A DNA stretch of 50,381 nucleotides from Verrucomicrobiota bacterium. Lineage in GTDB: Bacteria; Verrucomicrobiota; Verrucomicrobiia; Limisphaerales; CANJXF01. The position numbers and the translations under genes are program-made. The stretch covers positions 1 to 50,381 of the forward strand of contig JBBQRQ010000028.1 in the NCBI GenBank assembly GCA_038214755.1, written 5' to 3'. Position 1 is the stretch's first letter, and every line of letters starts with the position of its first letter. Of this stretch, positions 46,290-50,381 are shown one piece after another. Below the pieces are notes generated by a model. The model worked only from the letters and a program-made list of their open reading frames with translations, was not told where the DNA came from and did not search any database.

Positions 46290-46362
46290 AGCCAGTTGTC
46301 GGACTCGAACCGACGACCTGCTCATTACGAATGAGCTGCTCTACCAACTGAGCTAAACTGGC
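46290..46362 (-). tRNA. tRNA-Thr (anticodon CGT); CCA not encoded
   Basis: GCCAGTTTAGCTCAGTTGGTAGAGCAGCTCATTCGTAATGAGCAGGTCGTCGGTTCGAGTCCGACAACTGGCT: acceptor stem GCCAGTT/AACTGGC, anticodon loop TTCGTAA, T-loop GGTTCGAGTCC. Confidence 0.96.
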
Positions 46363-46571
46363 GGCCAAGGGCAAAGATAACCTAACGAGCCGATGATTTG
46401 TGTGGCAAGAAATTTTCGTTTCGTCGCCAGAGAACGTTTCCAATAAAAGTTTTCGATCTCGAATCTTTTTAGAAAGATCGGGATGGACGCCGCTAAAAAT
46501 CCTCCGCCGGTTTTCTTGGCGCTCGATCCGACATTGCAAATTCTCGGTGGTTGCGCTTTCGTATTCCACGC

Positions 46572-48197
46572 GTGAAGCCTTACCAAACTTATCGCAATCT
46601 TCCCGCCATCGCCGGGCTTTGCACGATGGAAGAAGCGGCTCGGCCCGGCTTCTCCATCGAAGACTGCGTCGCGCGACTCAAGCGCTACCACTTCTCTTTC
46701 AAACGGCTGCACCAGATTTTTATTTCCCGCCTGACTGCGGAACCAATTTACGAATTGAAAATGGCGTTCTCACTTCACGCACATTGGTGCGCGGAACATG
46801 TCACGGCTCTCGCCAAACGCGTTGGCGAAATGCGTGAACCGCCGCTCGGACTCGATGTTGTTCCCGATAAAAATCTGGAAATTTTCTTCGACGAAATTCT
46901 GGCCGCGCCCACGACGGAGGAATTGATTCTCGGCCTTTATGGAAAAGCAATTCCTGCGCTGAAACTCGTTTTGGAAAATCACCTGCGCGACACCAATCCG
47001 CTCGCTGACGCGCCGAGCATTCGTCTCTGCCGTTTTGCGCTGCTCGAAGTGGATGACATGGTTGCTTACGGTGAAAAGGCGATCGCGAGTTTTTGGGACG
47101 AAATTGTTCGCCCTCACCCCGGCCCTCTCCCCCAAGAGAGGGAGAAAAGTTCGACGCCGCCGGGTAAGTTGGGCGCCGCTCACCATACCAACCATGCGAA
47201 TATCGGCCCCGCTCTCCCGTCGCTGGAAAAGTTCAGAGGCGATCGAGATTCCACAGACGGCATCTACGATCTCCCTCTCCCCGGGGGAGAGGGCCGGGGT
47301 GAGGGCGAGCGTGAACAAATTAAAAACTGGCTCACTCTTCTCGACGATTGCCTCGCCGCCGCCGGAGAGTTGGACGGTTCGCAAGAAAAAAATTCCGAGT
47401 TCCGCGTTCCGCCTTCCGCGTTGAGAAAGTTTTCCTACAACAAAATTCCCAAACGCGACGAACGTTTTCCCGATCCCTACAACATGGGCGTCAATGCCGA
47501 AGTCTTTCTCTACGACGAAACCAAACCGCCCGACGCCAAGGTGCTGATGATGTTTTACAAACGCCTTCGCGAAATCGACGTGCCGGAAATGATGGCGAGC
47601 ATCCTCGTCGAGACGCCCGGTAAGCCGTGGGATTATTATCGCGACATGACGCGCCAGCTTTGGGACGAAGCGCGCCACGCCATGATGGGCGAAGTCGGTT
47701 TCGCGAGCCTCGGCGTGGATTGGCCGCGCCACGTCATGATCAATTTCACTTGGTCACTCGGCCTCAACACCCAACTCACGCCCATCGAACGCCACGCCGT
47801 TTTATATTTCATCGAGCAAGGACTCATGCCGCGCAATGGCAAACGTTACGAATGGGAAGTCAGCCTCAAATCGCACAACAAACTCAGCGCGCTCTTTCAG
47901 GATTACGATTGGGCCGACGAAGTTTTGCATGCGCGAATCGGTCGCGACTGGTATTTGAAAAATTTCAAGAACGCGCACGAAGGCGTCGAATACGGCGACA
48001 AATGTTGGTCCAAAGTTTTGATGGGCTGGAAAAGCTGGCGCGACGAAGGCCTGACCCAACATCGCAACTGGTGGCCCGACCTTTATTGCGACGCCTGCCA
48101 ACAATCCGGCATCGAACCCGATCCCGAAGTTCTGGCCTACAACACGAGCTACGAACAAGTCCGCGCGGATTTGAAAAATCTTTCGGCGTCGGCGTAA
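46572..48197 (+). CDS. Ferritin-like di-iron protein (DUF455-like) with an in-frame palindromic insertion
   Basis: ExxH motifs 'WDEARHAMMG' and 'WADEVLHARIG', plus 'REIDVPE' and 'FIEQGLM'. GTG start assumed. Confidence 0.7.
   Translation: MKPYQTYRNLPAIAGLCTMEEAARPGFSIEDCVARLKRYHFSFKRLHQIFISRLTAEPIYELKMAFSLHAHWCAEHVTALAKRVGEMREPPLGLDVVPDKNLEIFFDEILAAPTTEELILGLYGKAIPALKLVLENHLRDTNPLADAPSIRLCRFALLEVDDMVAYGEKAIASFWDEIVRPHPGPLPQEREKSSTPPGKLGAAHHTNHANIGPALPSLEKFRGDRDSTDGIYDLPLPGGEGRGEGEREQIKNWLTLLDDCLAAAGELDGSQEKNSEFRVPPSALRKFSYNKIPKRDERFPDPYNMGVNAEVFLYDETKPPDAKVLMMFYKRLREIDVPEMMASILVETPGKPWDYYRDMTRQLWDEARHAMMGEVGFASLGVDWPRHVMINFTWSLGLNTQLTPIERHAVLYFIEQGLMPRNGKRYEWEVSLKSHNKLSALFQDYDWADEVLHARIGRDWYLKNFKNAHEGVEYGDKCWSKVLMGWKSWRDEGLTQHRNWWPDLYCDACQQSGIEPDPEVLAYNTSYEQVRADLKNLSASA
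47106..47310. repeat. CCCTCACCCCGGCCCTCTCCC-type palindromic repeat doublet inside a CDS
   Basis: 28-bp inverted repeat with one mismatch: 47106-47133 versus 47283-47310; translates as PHPGPLP...PLPGGEGRGEG. Confidence 0.85.
48106..48197 (+). repeat. 92-bp direct repeat, copy 1 (3' end of the ferritin-like gene)
   Basis: Matches 48708-48799 at 90 of 92 positions. Confidence 0.95.
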
Positions 48198-48218
48198 ATC
48201 AAAGCGGTTCTTGAAAAA

Positions 48219-48473
48219 ATGAAACCAATTCGTTTAACCAAACATGCCAGCGAGCAATGTCTCGAACGTGGCGCAACGGAGAGCGAAGTGATTGAAGCGA
48301 TTCGCAACGGCGCGCGCGAACCTGTCAAACTTGGACGCGAACTGTGCCGTTTCAACTTTAGTTACGCGAAAAAATGGCAAGGGAACTTTTACGCCATTAA
48401 GCAAATCGCTCCAGTCATTAAAGAGGAAGCCAACGAAATAGTTGTCATTACCGTCTATGCGTTCTACTTTTAA
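48219..48473 (+). CDS. DUF4258 family protein (putative RelE/BrnT-like toxin)
   Basis: 'IRLTKHASEQCLERGATESEVIEAIRNG...IVVITVY'; small gene directly upstream of DUF2283. Confidence 0.8.
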   Translation: MKPIRLTKHASEQCLERGATESEVIEAIRNGAREPVKLGRELCRFNFSYAKKWQGNFYAIKQIAPVIKEEANEIVVITVYAFYF

Positions 48474-48482
48474 TGTGCTCCT

Positions 48483-48701
48483 ATGAAAATCAGCTACGAT
48501 TCAGAAGTGGACGCCATGTATATCCGTCTCATCGATGGCGAACATGAATGCCGCACCGTGCGCCTCAATGACGAAGTCGCGCTCAACATCGGCGCAGGCG
48601 AAAAATTGGTCGGCATCGAAATCCTGGACGCCAAAGCTGTTTTGGCGGCGGGCAAACTTCCGCAAATCATCGTTGAAAATCTTCCACTGGCGGCAGCGTG
48701 A
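48483..48701 (+). CDS. DUF2283 family protein (putative antitoxin)
   Basis: 'MKISYDSEVDAMYIRL...GEKLVGIEILDA'. Confidence 0.88.
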   Translation: MKISYDSEVDAMYIRLIDGEHECRTVRLNDEVALNIGAGEKLVGIEILDAKAVLAAGKLPQIIVENLPLAAA

Positions 48702-48707
48702 AGAAAC

Positions 48708-48799
48708 CCGGCATCGAACCCGATCCCGAAGTTCTGGCCTACAACACGAGCTACGAACAAGTCCGCGCGGATTTGAAAAATCTTTCAGCATCGGCGTAA
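48708..48799 (+). repeat. 92-bp direct repeat, copy 2 (orphan 3' end of the ferritin-like gene)
   Basis: Encodes GIEPDPEVLAYNTSYEQVRADLKNLSASA*, with two synonymous differences from copy 1. Confidence 0.95.
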
Positions 48800-48862
48800 C
48801 AGTCGCTCGTGTCTCAGCTAAAAAATCTAAATAGTTTTACACAACGTCGCGACTTGTAGTTT

Positions 48863-49240
48863 TTATGCGCGCCTGTTCCGTAATATCTGCCAATAGTTCT
48901 GCGGCCCAAAAAGCAAGGCAATCAGAACTAAGACATTCAGAAATGGCACGAAACACAACAGCACGGCCAAAACAGGCAAACCAAAATCTCGAAGGCGGGG
49001 AACAATAACAAACGCGTAGAAGTAAATCAGAAGGACGGCAACCCATGCCATAATCAAAATAAGACGAATTCTCGGAGCAAGCGGCGAGTGCTGCAACAGA
49101 TACCCAATAACGAGATGAATCACCAAGAGCGCAACAATGCGACCAAAGTAAGAGAGACGTCCGATGGTCTTCGGCAAAAGGAAACTTGTCGATGGTTTGG
49201 GCGAAATCAGTTCAGGAACGCTTGTCGGTGGTTTTTCCAT
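48863..49240 (-). CDS. DUF805-like small membrane protein
   Basis: 'IGRLSYF', 'PRLRDFG', 'LLCFVPFLN'; three hydrophobic segments. Confidence 0.7.
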   Translation of the reverse strand: MEKPPTSVPELISPKPSTSFLLPKTIGRLSYFGRIVALLVIHLVIGYLLQHSPLAPRIRLILIMAWVAVLLIYFYAFVIVPRLRDFGLPVLAVLLCFVPFLNVLVLIALLFGPQNYWQILRNRRA

Positions 49241-49330
49241 AACGACCAATGATGTCTAACACATGGGTAAAAGGCAAAGATTCAAAAAAAAGGTTGTCGG
49301 CAAATGCGTGATTTTTTGAAATGATTGGCT

Positions 49331-49405
49331 ATGACTCCCACCCAAAACTGGTTTATCTGGGCATTGCTCTCCGCAGTGTTCGCCACGCTCATTGGCAGTT
49401 TGTAA
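49331..49405 (+). pseudogene. N-terminal remnant of an EamA/DMT-family transporter gene
   Basis: MTPTQNWFIWALLSAVFATLIGSL* resembles the 'W..WALLSAVFAALTAIF' start of small EamA proteins. Confidence 0.5.
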
Positions 49406-49443
49406 GCTTCACAAACCAGAGGCCGCGCGCTACGTTTTCGCGC

Positions 49444-49695
49444 ATGAGCACCGTTCAGGAAATTGAGGCCGCCATTCCAAAACTTCCTCCAACTGACTTG
49501 GCGGAACTGCGTGCATGGTTTGATGACTATTTCAAAAAGGTTTCCAGTGAAATCGAAAAGGATTGCAACGAACGCCTCAAAGCCGCCTGTGAATCCGCCA
49601 ATCGTGACACTCAACTCAAGTGTGAAATCGAGGAGTGGCAGAGTTTCGACGACTCAATGCCGGTCGAAGCTGAACTTCCGCTCGCGGCAGCGTGA
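49444..49695 (+). CDS. Small antitoxin-like hypothetical protein
   Basis: 'MSTVQEIEAAIPKLPPTDLAELRAWFDDY' resembles small TA-associated proteins; acidic C-terminus ending ELPLAAA. Confidence 0.55.
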   Translation: MSTVQEIEAAIPKLPPTDLAELRAWFDDYFKKVSSEIEKDCNERLKAACESANRDTQLKCEIEEWQSFDDSMPVEAELPLAAA

Positions 49696-49721
49696 TTTCT
49701 GAGCGTTTATTCCTCTTTGCG

Positions 49722-50258
49722 ATGAAACTTTGGAAGAAACTGCTGTTGGGTTTCGCGGCCTTTATCCTCATTCTGCTTCTGGTGGGTTGGTTTCTCCCGG
49801 CGCGGCAACGCGTCGAACGCACCCTCCTTGTGAATGGAAAGCCGGAAGACGTGTTCGCTCTCACCGCCACGCTGAAACGCTGGCCCGATTGGACGGCTTG
49901 GACGACCAACCGTTTCCCCGACTTATCCATGCGGTTCGACGGACCAGAAACTGGCGTCGGCGCAACCATGATTGCCGCCGGAAAATCCAGCGGCGATGGC
50001 GCGGTGAAAATCACCGCCGCCGATCCTGCCAGCGGCATTATTTACACCCTCGACTTCAATCACGGCACGCAAATCTTCATCGGCGCAATTTATCACACGA
50101 ATGCGCCTGACGGCTTGCGCGTGACATGGACGCTCGAAGCTGACCTGGGCATCAATCCCTTGAAACGCTGGAGCGGACTTGCGATGGGTTCGCTGATGGG
50201 CGGCGATATGGAACAAGGTTTGTTGAACCTCAAACATAATGTGGAGAAAAAGCCATGA
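49722..50258 (+). CDS. SRPBCC (polyketide cyclase-like) family protein with an N-terminal membrane anchor
   Basis: 'VERTLLVNGKPEDVF...WPDWTAW...GPETGVGA...GGDMEQGLLNLK'. Confidence 0.85.
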   Translation: MKLWKKLLLGFAAFILILLLVGWFLPARQRVERTLLVNGKPEDVFALTATLKRWPDWTAWTTNRFPDLSMRFDGPETGVGATMIAAGKSSGDGAVKITAADPASGIIYTLDFNHGTQIFIGAIYHTNAPDGLRVTWTLEADLGINPLKRWSGLAMGSLMGGDMEQGLLNLKHNVEKKP

Positions 50259-50381
50259 GCCGCCTTGCCTCGGTGCGTCGCGTCGCCGCGATACTGCTGC
50301 TCGCGCTCTGGTGGGGCGGGTTCACTTTCTACGCGCTGGTCGTTGTCCCGACGGGACATCAAGTGCTGAAAAGCAAAATAC
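50255..50381 (+). CDS. Membrane protein (DUF4149-like), 3'-truncated by the window edge
   Basis: MSRLASVRRVAAILLLALWWGGFTFYALVVVPTGHQVLKSKI; ATG overlaps the previous stop (ATGA). Confidence 0.6.
   Translation, partial: MSRLASVRRVAAILLLALWWGGFTFYALVVVPTGHQVLKSKI

Noticed and set aside
46290..46320. Duplicated tRNA-Thr 3' end serving as an att site
   Set aside because: No second copy was found by eye in the window, so an intact tRNA-integrated island is not supported.
46770..47732. Long antisense ORFs (320 aa here; also 3221-4021, 35459-36343, 33740-34495 and 26555-27265)
   Set aside because: They lie opposite well-supported genes and show no family motifs; they are shadow ORFs.
49600..49720. 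tmRNA, suggested by the tag-like peptide AELPLAAA*
   Set aside because: No tRNA-like GGGG 5' end or T-arm/CCA 3' end is nearby; the peptide is the end of an ordinary ORF.
1..50381. CRISPR array, rRNA, integrase or transposase genes
   Set aside because: No regularly spaced repeat-spacer series, rRNA-like sequence or recombinase motifs were seen.

Overview
This bacterial window has the gene content typical of the PVC superphylum, most likely Verrucomicrobia: DUF1549/DUF1553 plus DUF1501, PVC-type CxxCH heme proteins, an H-X9-DG prepilin-like protein and C-terminal 'FYR' export domains. The core (about 6-46 kb) is a large carbohydrate or acid-sugar utilisation region next to the 3' end of a tRNA-Thr(CGT). 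It holds two sodium:solute symporters, two DHDPS/NAL-family lyases, an HpcH aldolase, Fe-ADH, PdxA plus a DUF1537 kinase, Gfo/Idh/MocA, an epimerase, an FGE-sialidase fusion, three paralogous non-canonical BNR beta-propellers and an AraC regulator. Main observations: (1) a 39-bp motif with 21-bp internal periodicity occurs upstream of five transcription units and suggests an AraC regulon linking the region; (2) an unrecognised domain of about 220-235 aa occurs in three copies in two secreted proteins; (3) REP/MITE-like palindromic elements sit in frame inside three protein-coding genes; (4) a DUF4258/DUF2283 toxin-antitoxin pair is bracketed by a 92-bp duplication of the 3' end of a ferritin-like gene, with no integrase in the window. 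Several pseudogene fragments are also present. All family calls come from motif recognition by eye; no database searches were run.
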